Of a DNA stretch of 64,000 bases, positions 51,717 to 64,000 are shown piece after piece. The first letter of the stretch is position 1. The number at the start of each line of letters is the position of its first letter. This stretch comes from Negaprion brevirostris (lineage: Eukaryota). The notes under the pieces were generated by a model. That model searched no databases. It saw nothing but the letters and a program-made list of their open reading frames with translations, and was not told the origin of the DNA. The position numbers and the translations under genes are program-made. The stretch is taken from the NCBI GenBank assembly GCA_030324005.1, contig JARDVH010000128.1, forward strand, positions 35,685,589-35,749,588. The letters are read 5' to 3'.

Positions 51717-53454
51717 GGGTAAACTTCCTTTTGTGTAATATTTGTATTTAGATGAGATGCATTTCCAATGGTTGGAACTTTTTAGATGCTGCACTGTTAA
51801 ATTGAGGTCCAGTTTCAGGATGAACTGATCAGTAAACAGCATGAGTTAGGATCTGGAATATACCAGGTAGGCTGGCGGAAGCAGATTCAAACAGAATTTC
51901 AAAAAGAAATTGGATATGTACTTCAGGGGAAAATTGCAAGGTTATGAGGAAAGAGCTGGGAAGGGGGAACTAATTGGATAACTTTCGAGTGCCAGTACAG
52001 CACAATGAGTTGAATGATGTCTGCTGCATCATCCTGCGATTGCTGAGTTATCTTCTGACCCATTGTGCACAAAGGTTTGAGGTTCAGGAGAAAACACAGT
52101 GAGCGCATATTTCTGGGATCAAAATATCCATCAGAGATGGCACTCTCTTTTTAAGATTCATGCAATCAGGCAGAATGGAGTCATATAGCACAAATGGTAT
52201 GGAGGCACAAAAAAATGCGTAAATTATGGGGTTCTTGGGGATATAATGACTATCTGGCCTTTTTTTAAAAAATATTTTTCACATCTTGGGATGATGAAAC
52301 TTAAAAGGCTAAGTACTCATGATGACCAAAGTGTGTAGNNNNNNNNNNTTGGTTAGCTCTCTATTGGTAAATGCAGAGTGGGTAATAGCAGTGATCACAC
52401 TACAATCTTTCTATGATGAAATCTTACTATTGCAAACCTGTAGTACCAACGTATTATCGAATTCTTCAATTTATAAAAAACTTTCACCACATTCTTGAGG
52501 TCTGATTCCATGAGTACTGGCAGTCACCTGGTAGCCCAGCTAAGTGCCATTTAGGAGGAGCTGACATGGTTATCCTTTAGGGCAGAGAAGGGCAGGTTTA
52601 TGAGAGTTATTCAAAATTAAGGGTTTTTGAGAGTGAATAAGGAGAAACTGGTTCCACGTGTAGAATCGGCAAGTAACCAGAGGGCGCATGTCAAAGATGC
52701 GCAAAAAAATCAGAGAGATGAGTTTCACTTAACTGTTTATGATCCAGAATGCACCACATGAGGGGATGGCAGAAGCAGGTTAGGTAACTTGCAAGAGGCA
52801 ATTGTATATTTAGAGGAAAAACTGCAAGGCTGTGTGGTGGGTGGAATGTGCGGCTAATTGGATGGGGAGAATTGGAGACTGGCCTCCTCTGCTATAAAAT
52901 TCTGTATCAATGAGAATGGGGATAGGGGCTGTGGCCATTTAAACACAAATGAGACAGAGCTTTGACATTTTGAACAACCTGCACAGTCTGGGATCTAATC
53001 CAGCACTGTCTTGTCTAGTTTATTGCTATACCAGATGAAATCTTACACCGTCAATCAATTTTAATCATGGTTTTAAACTAATTGTTCAATGCTAAAACCA
53101 AGTCGATGGATCGACAGTTATCTTGGGATTGATACGTTCCTATGTTTCTGAAACATTTTTAATCAAAATTTAATTTTTACAGCAGCTCCTGTGAAGAAAT
53201 TGCTTTATTAAAATGCATGCTCTACACTTTTACAGAACTTCACTCGGACTTGATTAAAGGTTGGAGACTCAAGTTTTGACTAGTTACGTTTTGTCGCATA
53301 TTGTTTGAATTGTGACATTACTGAACTTTGCTATCTATTTTACTGTGTGACTTGCAGATGTTAGGATAGCTAGTTCATTTCCACAAACATCCTTAAGATT
53401 TGTACAAGAATATGCAAAGTTACAAAGCTGTTATTAATTGCAAAAGTTCTCACT

Positions 53455-53830
53455 GGTGAGATGCATTCAGAAGTGCAGATGAGATTTACCAGAATGTTGC
53501 TTGGGTAGGAGAGTTCTAGTAGTGAAGAGAGATTGGATAGTTTGTGGTTGTTTTCCATGGAGCATAGGAGACTGAGATGGAAATGATTGAGATGTATAAA
53601 ATTAAGATGGGCATAGATAGAGTAGACAGGAAGAGATGTTGCCTCTTGTTGGAGGGATCAATGACCAGGGAGGCATAAATTTAAAGTAAGTGGCAGGAGG
53701 TTTAGAGAGGATATGAAGAAAAACTTTTTCATCTAAAGGATGATGGGAGTCTGGAACTCACTGTCTGAAAGGGTGGTGGAGGCAGAGACCCTCATAACAT
53801 TTAAGTGCTGGAAAATGGGATTAGAATAGG
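53455..53830 (+). mobile_element. CR1 LINE 3' fragment
   Basis: Remnants of VQMRFTRML...EERLDSLWLFSMEHRRL. Confidence 0.7.
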
Positions 53831-55994
53831 TGTCTCTCTTGCTTGCCCCCTTTTGCCCCACCCCCCCCTTGCCCCTTTTCACCCACTCCCTTCCCCTGCT
53901 CCGGTTTGAGTGAGAGCGCAGTGTTCTGATGTAATGGTGAAAAGTTGGTGCTCCTGTTGGAGAGGGAATGGACTAGCTGACTTCTGCAAGTTCTGCAGCA
54001 TGCTTGTCAAATCTTCATGGAAGGAAAAAGTCTTCTGATGTGAGATGAAGCATTTGGGTATTTCCTATTTTGGAATCCACCATGCCCCTCCATGTTATGT
54101 TGGGGAGATGCCACATGTAGCAGCAGACAAGACATCCTGTCCACACACACGTCTCCAAGTTTTTTTGNNNNNNNNNNNNNNNNNNNNNNNNNNNNNNNNN
54201 NNNNNNNNNNNNNNNNNNNNNNNNNNNNNNNNNNNNNNNNNNNNNNNNNNNNNNNNNNNNNNNNNNNNNNNNNNNNNNNNNNNNNNNNNNNNNNNNNNNN
54301 NNNNNNNNNNNNNNNNNNNNNNNNNNNNNNNNNNNNNNNNNNNNNNNNNNNNNNNNNNNNNNNNNNTACTATTCTCAAGACATTAACTCTGTTTCTCTTT
54401 CCACAGATGCTGCCAGACTTGCTGAGATTTTCCAGCATTCTTCATTTCAGACCTCAAGCATCCACAGTATTTTGCTTTTAATTCTGGAGTCTTTTTGGAT
54501 GCAACCAGCATATTTGGGATAACTGTTACCTAAGAAAAAGTGCAGTGAAAATGTGCAGTTGACAGTCTTGTAAACAATCTTTGTAGAACTGGATGCTGTT
54601 TTCGACCCTGTTGAGCCCTCCCTTTAGTGGTTATTACCTGTTGCAATGAACCTGGACTCTTGCATATAGCACCTACTGGACTGGGAGCACACAAGAAACT
54701 TTGTGTATATTCCATAAGAACCCAATGCAGCAGGGAAAAATTGGTGGAAAAATAGCAATGCTGTGTGCTGGAATAATCTTTAGTCAGGCTGAATGCCAAA
54801 GCTTTGTGTTGAAATTTAACAGCCTGCAAAATGTTCAAAAATGGTTCAAGGTGCAACTGTTGCCTCAATTTCTGTTCCTGTTCTGTAATTTTTTTCATTT
54901 TTTTTAAATAAAAGTTTTGAAAGAAATACTTCGTTTTTATTAAATTACTCGGTCTTTCCATGTGTCGGAATTTGAGCTACTTTTGGCATAGTTCAATGTA
55001 ACACCGTTCTCCAACTTGCTTTTATAGGCAGCCGGGTTTGTACCAATGCAATTTGATTTTGGCTTCATATCGATGCAAACTTAGTTCAAAGTTGATGAAC
55101 TGCAAGACTGGCCCAGCAGACAGCAGCGAAACAAGCTTGCTGTTTTTTAGGAAGTAAACCTTGCAGAGAGATTCTGTTGCCACGCAGTAGTGCTGCAACA
55201 TCATTCTTTGCTGGGGCCTCCCAGCGGGGAGCTGGTTTGATGTCCTCATCTTCAGGCTATCCAATCAATTTAAAGGGCTTTAACAGAGTCCAAAAAAAGT
55301 TTTTTTTAAAAAACTTTTTTCTTGCATCAAGCAAACTAGATTAAGACAAGATTTGCAGTCCTAATTGCACTCCCACTAATTAATCACTCTATACTGGTGA
55401 GATTCTATTTATTTGTGAATGAGGGCAGTGATTTTTCAAGTAGAACACATTCTTCTGATCTGTCAGATTCAGCTGTTATCTGTACACCAAACGTCGTTTG
55501 GGTGGATGGGATATGACCTGATTTTTAAAATTTGCTTTATGTATAGATCATGTATTGTTTCTTGCGTACTATACAGACAAAGCATACAGTACATAGAGAA
55601 GGAAAGAATGCAGAATGTCATCTAAGTCATAGCTAGCGTGAAGCACAGAATGAGAATGAAAGAATTAGAGTATGCTGGGCACAAGTTTGCAAGAAGTTGC
55701 CATGCTCCAGTGCCATCTTGAGTTTGGTTTTCAATGTGCATGTTCATATTCAGAATACGATGGAAAATGATGTGGAAGGCCAACTATGAAATCTGAGATG
55801 TGTGTATCTAACTACAGTCTATTTTAGTAAACGCCAAATTTCTTTGTACAATCACCATATTTAAAAGATTATTGATGGCCAGACACATGCTTGGGAAAAC
55901 AGGAATTAAATCTCTTGGGAATATTTCTTTTGAACTTCTTTCTCCCAGGGACTCATTCTATTTATTCTGGTTGAGTCAGCTAATGTCACTGCTA

Positions 55995-56250
55995 AAAGTG
56001 GCATGGTGGTTAGCACTGCTGCCTCTCAGTGCCAAGGATCCAGGTTTTGCACATTCTCCCCGGGTCTGCATAGATTTCCTCCCACAGTTTAAAGATGTGT
56101 GGGTTAGGTGGCTTGACCACAGTAAATTGCCCTTGGTGTCAGGGGACCAGCAGGATAACTAGGGTTACAAGGATAGAGTCTGGGTGGGACTCTTTGGTGA
56201 AAGTTTGATGGGCCGAATGGCCTCCTTCTGCATTATACAGATTTTATGAT
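55995..56250 (+). mobile_element. HE1/V-SINE-like SINE
   Basis: tRNA-like head gtggttagcactgctgcctctcagtgccaagga, SINE core, and tail gggccgaatggcctccttctgca. Confidence 0.8.
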
Positions 56251-57779
56251 CACTCTTAGTTTCCACTCTAGCCAAATATACTACTCAACCTTGTCTTGGT
56301 TAGGCTCGAGGAGACCTCCACCCAAGTAATTAAAGCATGACAGTGATTGGCCTTGAACTTCCAGTCAGCTGCAATTCTGGACACATTGCCCACAATGATA
56401 TTACTAACTCAAAATTGCTGCCCATTCCTTTTGGTTTTAGCTGACAGAAATGGGCAGGAAATTTACCATTTATATAGATGATCTGGAGGAGGGAACCGAG
56501 TGTATGGTGTCGAAATTTGCTGATGACACCNNNNNNNNNNNNNNNNNNNNNNNNNNNNNNNNNNNNNNNNNNNNNNNNNNNNNNNNNNNNNNNNNNNNNN
56601 NNNNNNNNNNNNNNNNNNNNNNNNNNNNNNGATCTTATTGAATGGCGGGGCAGGCTCAAAGGGCTGGATGGCCTACTCCTGCTCCTATTTCTTATGTTCT
56701 TATGAAAGTGATGCCGGTCTAGTCCCAGAAAGCAGAGTGGAGTTGGGAGCAGAGGACATCCCCCCCCCCTTTACAGCACTAACTGACATATTCAGTTATT
56801 TTTGAAAGTTTTTTAATGAATACATGTGGGTTAGTGAATGCGTAGTCAGGTAGATGGGGTATTAGGGTCTGATCGCAGGTAGGCATAGTTGGGAGTAGGT
56901 CAGGCAGTAGTAGGGTAGGATCTGTTCAGGTGCTAGAAGAGCACTCTGGTCTGGTTGGTGGGTGTGTTTGGGTGATCAGGTGGGAGGAGGTTATGAGTAA
57001 TCAATGAGTTGGGGAGGGTAGTCAGGTTGGGTCTGGGAGTGAAGGAAGTTACTCAGCTGCTAGACCAATTTTTGAGTAATATTTCTTAGGTAAGTGTGCA
57101 GATAAGTCTGCTGTATCTGGCACAAGTAATACACTATCCCTTGACGTCTTTAATAATCAGAACTCTATTGAGCTCCGTCTTCAAAGTACTCAATGACTCA
57201 GCCTTCACAACCCTCTGTGGTAGAGAATTCCAAAGATTCATCAGCCTTGATTGAAAAAAATCCTCAATGCGGTGTTAAATTTCCTGTTCGTTATTCTGAC
57301 AGTGTTCTCCTGGTTCTCCACACCACATCCTCCCACCTAGAGAAACATCCTGTGTTGGGGAAAAGGTACGAAAGTCTGAGGTCATGTACCAACCGACTCC
57401 CGAACAGTTTTTTCCCAGCTATCAGACTTTTGTACAGACCTACCTCATTAAGTTGATCTTTCTTTACACCCTAGAACTGTAATACTAGGTTCTGCAGCTT
57501 CTCCTTTACTACTTTATGTACAGTATGCTTTGTATTATGTGTAAGAAACAATACTTTTCACTATATATGAATATATGTGACATCAAAAAACTCTTGTAAC
57601 AATTTTGTAAGCTTCAATAAAGTCTCCATCATATATAGTGATCTTATTGTTATTATTTACACTTCCTTAAAAATTTCAGTGAAAACATTTTCATTCCTTG
57701 TTTGGCTGAAGGTGGAAGAAGATGATGCTTTATGGCACTAACAGTTTCTTTGTCCTTCTCTCACAGTGCAGACAAATAT

Positions 57780-58375
57780 AAGATCATATGACATAGGAGC
57801 AGAATTAGGCCACTTAGCCCATTGCGTCTGCTCCAACATTCAATCATGACTGATTTTTTTTTCTCTCATCCCCATTCTCCTGCCTTTTCCCCATAACCCC
57901 TGATCCCCTTATTAATCAAGAATCTATCTACCTCTGTCTTAAAGACACTCAATTACCAGGCCTCCACAGCCTTCTGCAGCAAAGAGTTCCACAGATTCAC
58001 CATTCTCTGGCTGAAGAAATTCCTCCTTATCTCTCTTTTAAAGGATCGTCTGTTTAGCCTGAAGTTGTGCCCTTTGGTTCTAGTTTTTCCTAGTAGTGGA
58101 AATTTCCTCCATGTCCATCCTATCCAAGCCTCACAAGATCCTGCAAGTTTCAATAAGATCCCCCCATCATTCTAAACTCTTGAGTACAGACCCAGAGTCC
58201 TCAACCATTCCTCATACGACAAGCTCTTCATTCCAGGAATCATTCTTCTGAACCTCCTCTGGACTCTTTCCAAGGCCAGCTCATCTTTCTTTAGATATGG
58301 GGCCCAAAACTGCTCACAATACTCCAAATGGGGTCTGACCAGAGCATTATACAGCCTCAGAAGTACATCCCTGCT
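57780..58375 (-). mobile_element. CR1 LINE 3' fragment
   Basis: LRLYNALVRPHLEYCEQFWAPYLKKDELALERVQRRFRRMIPG and RRNFFSQRMVNLWNSL. Confidence 0.9.
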
Positions 58376-58707
58376 TAAATTAGTCAACAGGACAAAGTTT
58401 GCACGTTGCCTGCATTACTTTGAATGGTTGTACGTCAACTCTGCATGGCAAACCCTGCACCATTTTCAGCCCATTGTAACATCAGACCATCATTCTATGC
58501 GAACAACTGGGATAAAATAGAAAACTCTAACTCAGGATTCTATTACTTGCTGACATGATTGATGGAAAAGTTATATTTATCCACCTATGAGATAACTGTG
58601 AACAAATCAGTCTACTTCTGACAGATTGCAAGTCTCATGGTCCAAAACAGCTTAGTACTCTGACAGTAAGCTTCCCTACTTCTGCCAAGCTCTGTATCAT
58701 GTTATTA

Positions 58708-58972
58708 TTATAGAATCATAGAAACCATACAGTGAAGATGGAGGCCATTTGGCCCATCGAGTCTGCACCGGCCACAATCCCACCCAGGCCCTACCCCATA
58801 TCCCTGCATATTTACCCACTAATCCCTCTAAACTACATATCTCAGGACTCTAAGGAGCAATTTTTAGCATGGCCAATCAACCTAACCCACACATCTTTGG
58901 ATTGTGGGAGGAAACTGGAGCACCCGGAGGAAACCCACGTAGACATGAGGAGAATGTGCAAACTCCACAGAC
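58708..58972 (-). mobile_element. HE1/V-SINE-like SINE
   Basis: Reverse-complement SINE core and ATAGAATC tail. Confidence 0.8.
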
Positions 58973-59804
58973 AAGTGGAGTAGCAGGGGTGAAAGTGAGG
59001 GGGGCATAGATGGGGACTGCAATGCACAGCATCGTGGGGGTGAAGCAGAGAAGGGTTTGAAATGCGTATACTTTANNNNNNNNNNNNNNNNNNNNNNNNN
59101 NNNNNNNNNNNNNNNNNNNNNNNNNNNNNNNNNNNNNNNNNNNNNNNNNNNNNNNNNNNNNNNNNNNNNNNNNNNNNNNNNNNNNNNNNNNNNNNNNNNN
59201 NNNNNNNNNNNNNNNNNNNNNNNNNNNNNNNNNNNNNNNNNNNNNNNNNNNNNNNNNNNNNNNNNNNNNNNNNNNNNNNNNNNNNNNNNNNNNNNNNNNN
59301 NNNNNNNNNNNNNNNNNNNNNNNNNNNNNNNNNNNNNNNNNNNNNNNNNNNNNNNNNNNNNNNNNNNNNNNNNNNNNNNNNNNNNNNNNNNNNNNNNNNN
59401 NNNNNNNNNNNNNNNNNNNNNNNNNNNNNNNNNNNNNNNNNNNNNNNNNNNNNNNNNNNNNNNNNNNNNNNNNNNNNNNNNNNNNNNNNNNNNNNNNNNN
59501 NNNNNNNNNNNNNNNNNNNNNNNNNNNNNNNNNNNNNNNNNNNNNNNNNNNNNNNNNNNNNNNNNNNNNNNNNNNNNNNNNNNNNNNNNNNNNNNNNNNN
59601 NNNNNNNNNNNNNNNNNNNNNNNNNNNNNNNNNNNNNNNNNNNNNNNNNNNNNNNNNNNNNNNNNNNNNNNNNNNNNNNNNNNNNNNNNNNNNNNNNNNN
59701 NNNNNNNNNNNNNNNNNNNNNNNNNNNNNNNNNNNNNNNNNNNNNNNNNNNNNNNNNNNNNNNNNNNNNNNNNNNNNNNNNNNNNNNNNNNNNNNNNNNN
59801 NNNA

Positions 59805-59925
59805 GAATGCTTTCAATGGTGCATCTGTAAAAGTTGGTGAGAGTCGTAGCTGACATGCCAAATTTCCTTAGTCTTCTGAGCAAGTAAAGGCTTTGGTGGG
59901 CTTTCTTAACTAAAGTGTTGGCATG
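59805..59925 (-). mobile_element. Rex1/Babar-like LINE RT fragment next to a large gap
   Basis: LVKKAHQSLYLLRRLRKFGMSATTLTNFYRCTIESI. Confidence 0.7.
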
Positions 59926-61409
59926 GGGCGGGGTGGGGCAGGTTTCAGCCGTCTGACCCCTACCACAATCAACACTGCCATTGTTTACTGATCTAAGGTT
60001 AGAAGCCACTGTTACATAAAAGTTTTAATGGTGGTTATTCACAACTGCTTGTGATAATTTTTTCTCTGTACCTTTCTTTGCCAAAAGTTAAGTAGACACT
60101 GTCTGGGAGGGCTGTTGACTCTGAGTTTCAGTAAATTTCCAGTCAATAGAAGATGTAAATTCACAAATGGTTTCAGATTATGAATGTCTCCATGCATGGT
60201 CATCTACAACTTAAGATCTTGCTGGAAACATGTTCAAACATGGGTTAATCCTTTATCTATACAGAAATCACAGGTCACCAGACCATTGGTGACCACCTTG
60301 GGCAGCATTCTGACCCTTTTTGAAAGTCAATTTTCAAAAGTTGGCATTTGAAGTGGGTAGCTTGAAGGTGAGGAATATGACATCCTTGCAGGCATGACAT
60401 GAAAGCTGAAACCTCAAAAACAACCTTGATTTAAAAATCTATAACATAAACATTCATGTGAATTGTTAATGAAATTGCATGGACTGACAATTGTTTTAGG
60501 CTGTTCAAGTGCTTTACTTCCTAAATGTTTCCAAGGCTGTTGGTTTCTGGCTGAGTCCCTGTGGAATTACACTCTTCTCCATCACCAGTAAACATCTGCC
60601 CCAATGTGCACTAGACACTGGAGCCATACTTGCTTATGCACCGTTTCACATAGTTGAGTGGTTCAGAGTCTGGAATAAAGTTAACTAAAGTTTGTTTAAT
60701 AAAAACTTCCTAATGGGTGAACTGAATCACACCAGAGTGAAACATCTTAGGCTCACACTAATGGGGTCTAGTCTAATTTCACACTATACCTTGGAGTTTC
60801 TGATTTGCTGCCTAGCAACAGCCAGTCTGCAGTGCAGTAGGACAGAAAGGACCATCCTCTTGCAATCAGAATAGAACTCTAGCTGAACAACTAGTCGATC
60901 CAGGCAGTGAGACAGAGGGCTAATTTGTCTTCCTCTACAAGATTCGTCTCCATAAGAACTTGCCACAGAGACTTTTGTCTTCAGAGAACCAAAGAGAGGA
61001 ACTCAGCGGACCNNNNNNNNNNGCAAAACTTCCCACCTGAAATGATTTCATCCACATGATTTACTACTTGTATTCATTTTTGTTAATAACCAAAACATAT
61101 GCTTTGTTTCCTCAAAAGCTGCCTAGATTCTATCTTTACTTGCGTACGACTGTGTCCATGAGTGAATGAATGTGTTTTTTTGCATTTACATTTTGGGATG
61201 TCGTGTGAATAAATATCATACTTCAGATTTAAATCTACCTGAAAGCCTGCTTCATGTTGATTACTGAAAATCGCAACACAAAAATGTGTAAAACAATCCC
61301 TCTAAAACACTATCACTGCAGGCAATCGAGAGATGAAGAAGAAACGGGAAGAGTTGTCATATCACCTCCCCATTTTTAAAATTATTGGTTAGCAATTTTT
61401 ATGTTGACA

Positions 61410-61800
61410 AAGGAAAGCTGGCATCTTTTGCAGCCACTGTATGTCCCAAAGCGCTTTCTGGCCAATGGAGTAATTTTGAAGTTTAGTCAATGTTGTAATC
61501 AGCAACCATTTTGTGCCTGGCAAGCTCCCACAAATAACAATGTGCTAATGACCAGTGATCAATTTGATGATGGTTGAGGGACAAATACTGGCAGGACACA
61601 GGAAATAATAACTCCTCTGCTTCTTTTCTGAAATAGTATCTTTTACATCTGCCTGAGATAATAGATTTAATGACTTATCTGAAAAACTGTACTTCCAACA
61701 GTGCACTACACCCTCCACTGAAGTGGTAGCGTTGATTTTGATGCTCAGCACTGTGGAGTGGGTAGGCTGAGAACTAAAAGGTGCTGTCTCAGCAACTTTA
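61410..61800 (-). mobile_element. Old DeuSINE/SacSINE-like SINE remnant
   Basis: caagctcccacaaataacaatgtgctaatgaccag and caaagcgctttctggccaatg motifs. A related piece lies at about 18380-18480. The family assignment is from recall only. Confidence 0.45.
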
Positions 61801-62454
61801 GGAAAGAATAAAATTGGAGATGAAAGAAGTGACTTTTTGAACAACTTAAAGGAATAAGCGTACTGCAAATAAATTGCATGCACCAAGATAAAGTCATAGC
61901 CTTCTAGCCTCAACACTCAAGTTTAACAATTTCTGACTATAATCTCTGGCCCCACATTTGGCTCCTTTTCTTTACGAGTGTTGATTTTAATTTTTTTTTT
62001 GCTTTTGGACCTTAGCTGTTCATTATTCTACCGTTCACATTTCCTGTAGACCCATCTTGTATTTCTTTACCTTTCCAATTTTAAAATTTTATTTAGAGAT
62101 TTTTATAGATTTTTATTTAGAGATTATTATATACATGTTAAAGTCCGTGGAATTCTCTTCCCTAGGGTACAATGGAGACTAGTTATTGAATTTGTTTAAA
62201 TCAGAGTTAGATTGTTGACAGACAAAGCAGAGGCCGATGGCAAAGTGGAGTTGAGGTTAAACTCAGATCTTACTGAATGGCAGAGCAGGCTCAAATGGCT
62301 GAATGGCCTCCTTCTGCTCCTAAATGCTATGTTCCATTCTTACTCCATTTGGCTCTGCCTCCCCCAATTCTTCTACTGGTTAATGTCTCCTGTCTTATCA
62401 CAGACTTTCCCTATTTCCTCTTTCTTTCCTTGACCTGCCCCATTTCACCTCCTT

Positions 62455-63945
62455 CAGATGGTGGATGCATTGGTGATTATCTTCCGAAATGCGACAGATT
62501 CTGGAACAGTTCCTGCAGATTGGGCGGTCACAAATATTACCTCACTATTTAATAAGAGACGTAAAAAGAAAACAGGGAATTACAGACCTCTGAGCCTGAT
62601 GTCAATGGGGAAAATGCTACAATCTATTCTAAAGGGTGTGATAAATGGACACTTAAATAATGATGATCTGAGTCAACATGAATTTATGAATGAGAAATCA
62701 CGTTTGACAAACCTGTTGGGAGTTTTTTGAGGATGTTATAAACAGAATTGACAAAGGACAGTCAGTGGACAAAATGTACTTGGATTATCAGAAGACTTTT
62801 GACAAAATCCCTGACAGAAGGTTTTTAGAATTATAGAATCCCTTCAGTACAGAAGAAGGCCATTCAGCCCATTGAGTATGCACCTACCACGATCCCACTC
62901 TGGCCCTAATCCCATAAACCTCAGTTATCCTGCGAATCCTCCCGACACTAGAGTCAATTTAGCATGACCAATCAACCAATTGAACCTGGGTCCCTGGCAC
63001 TGTGAGACAGCAGTGCTTAAGTTACAGAGCATGGGATAGGAGGTAATACGCTGGCATGGATTAAGAATTGGTTATCAGGCAGAAAACAAAGTAAGGGTAA
63101 ACAGGTTGTTTGCATGTTGGCAGGATGTAACTAGTGGGATCTGTACTTGGGCCCCAATGGTTCACAATACATATTAACGATTTGGATGTGGGGGTCAAAA
63201 TGTAATATTTCCGAGTTCATAGATGATACAAACTAGGTGTGACATGAGGAAGATGCAAAGTGGCTTCAAGGGGATTTGGACAGCTTTAGTGAATGGACAG
63301 GAGCCTAGTAGATGGAATATAACATGGAGCAATGTGAGGTTAGGATTTTGATAGGAGGATCAGATGTGCAGAGTATTTCTTAAATGATGAGACAGTGTAT
63401 AGATGTACAAAGAGAACTGGATATCCTCAATATGTCACTGAAAGTTAACATGTAGATGCAGCAAGCAAATAAGGCGGTTAATGGTACGTTAGCCTTTATT
63501 TCAAGAGAACATAAGGACAGGAGCATGGAAGTCTTCCATTTAATGGAAGCTTGGTTATCATGTCTGGATTACTGTGTGCAGTTTTCGTTCCCTTACCGTA
63601 AAAAGGATGTTACTGTCATAGATGGAGTGCAAAGAACGTTCACCAGACTTGTTCTGGGGATGGTGGGACTGTCTTATGAAGAGAGATTAGGTAAACTAGG
63701 CCTGAATTCCCTAGCGTTTTGGAAAGTGAGAGGTGATCTCATTGAACCTTACAAAATTCTTAAAGGAATAGACAAGGTAGATGACGGTAAAATGTATCCC
63801 TTGGTTGGGAAGTCCAGAACCAAGGGACACAATTTCAACTTGAGGGGGAAGCCACTCAGGATGGAGGTGAAGAGAAATTTCTTGACACAGAGGGTTATGA
63901 AGCTTTAGAATTCGCTACCCCAAGGGCTGTGGAACCTCAGTCATA
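62455..63945 (+). mobile_element. Longer degenerate CR1 LINE ORF2 fragment with a nested SINE (about 62828-63017, - strand)
   Basis: DSGTVPADWAVTNITSLFNK...GNYRPLSL, YLDYQKTFDK, and LDYCVQF...VQRTFTRLVLGMVGLSYEERLGKLGL. Confidence 0.9.
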
Positions 63946-64000
63946 GAAGTAAAGAATTCCTACAGTTCAGAAGGTCAATTGGGTCTGCACCAACACAGCA

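Overview
This is AT-rich, repeat-rich eukaryotic DNA from a gappy draft assembly. The repeat families (HE1/V-SINE-like SINEs, CR1, L2, Rex1 and Penelope-like elements) point to a shark or other elasmobranch. One spliced gene dominates the window: SUN1, the inner-nuclear-membrane LINC-complex protein, on the + strand from ATG 3325 to TGA 50989. I could read 20 coding exons with GT-AG sites and consistent phases (2574 nt, 857 aa), and two more exons appear to be hidden in N gaps. The most striking feature is a pair of intact exons from a different gene, ASPSCR1 (TUG/ASPL/UBXD9, a p97 adaptor), inside SUN1 intron 28412-37380. They lie on the same strand and in a phase that would splice in frame into SUN1. 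Their block starts at a 100-N gap and ends where a CR1 LINE resumes at the point it broke off before the gap. A repeat-mediated misassembly is therefore the leading explanation, and real exon capture is the alternative. Other points of note are four symmetric cassette exons with an RBFOX-motif cluster and a diverged direct repeat bracketing the start-codon exon. I recognised no RNA genes or CRISPR-like arrays. Homology calls are from recall of vertebrate protein and repeat sequences, not from database searches, and repeat boundaries are approximate.
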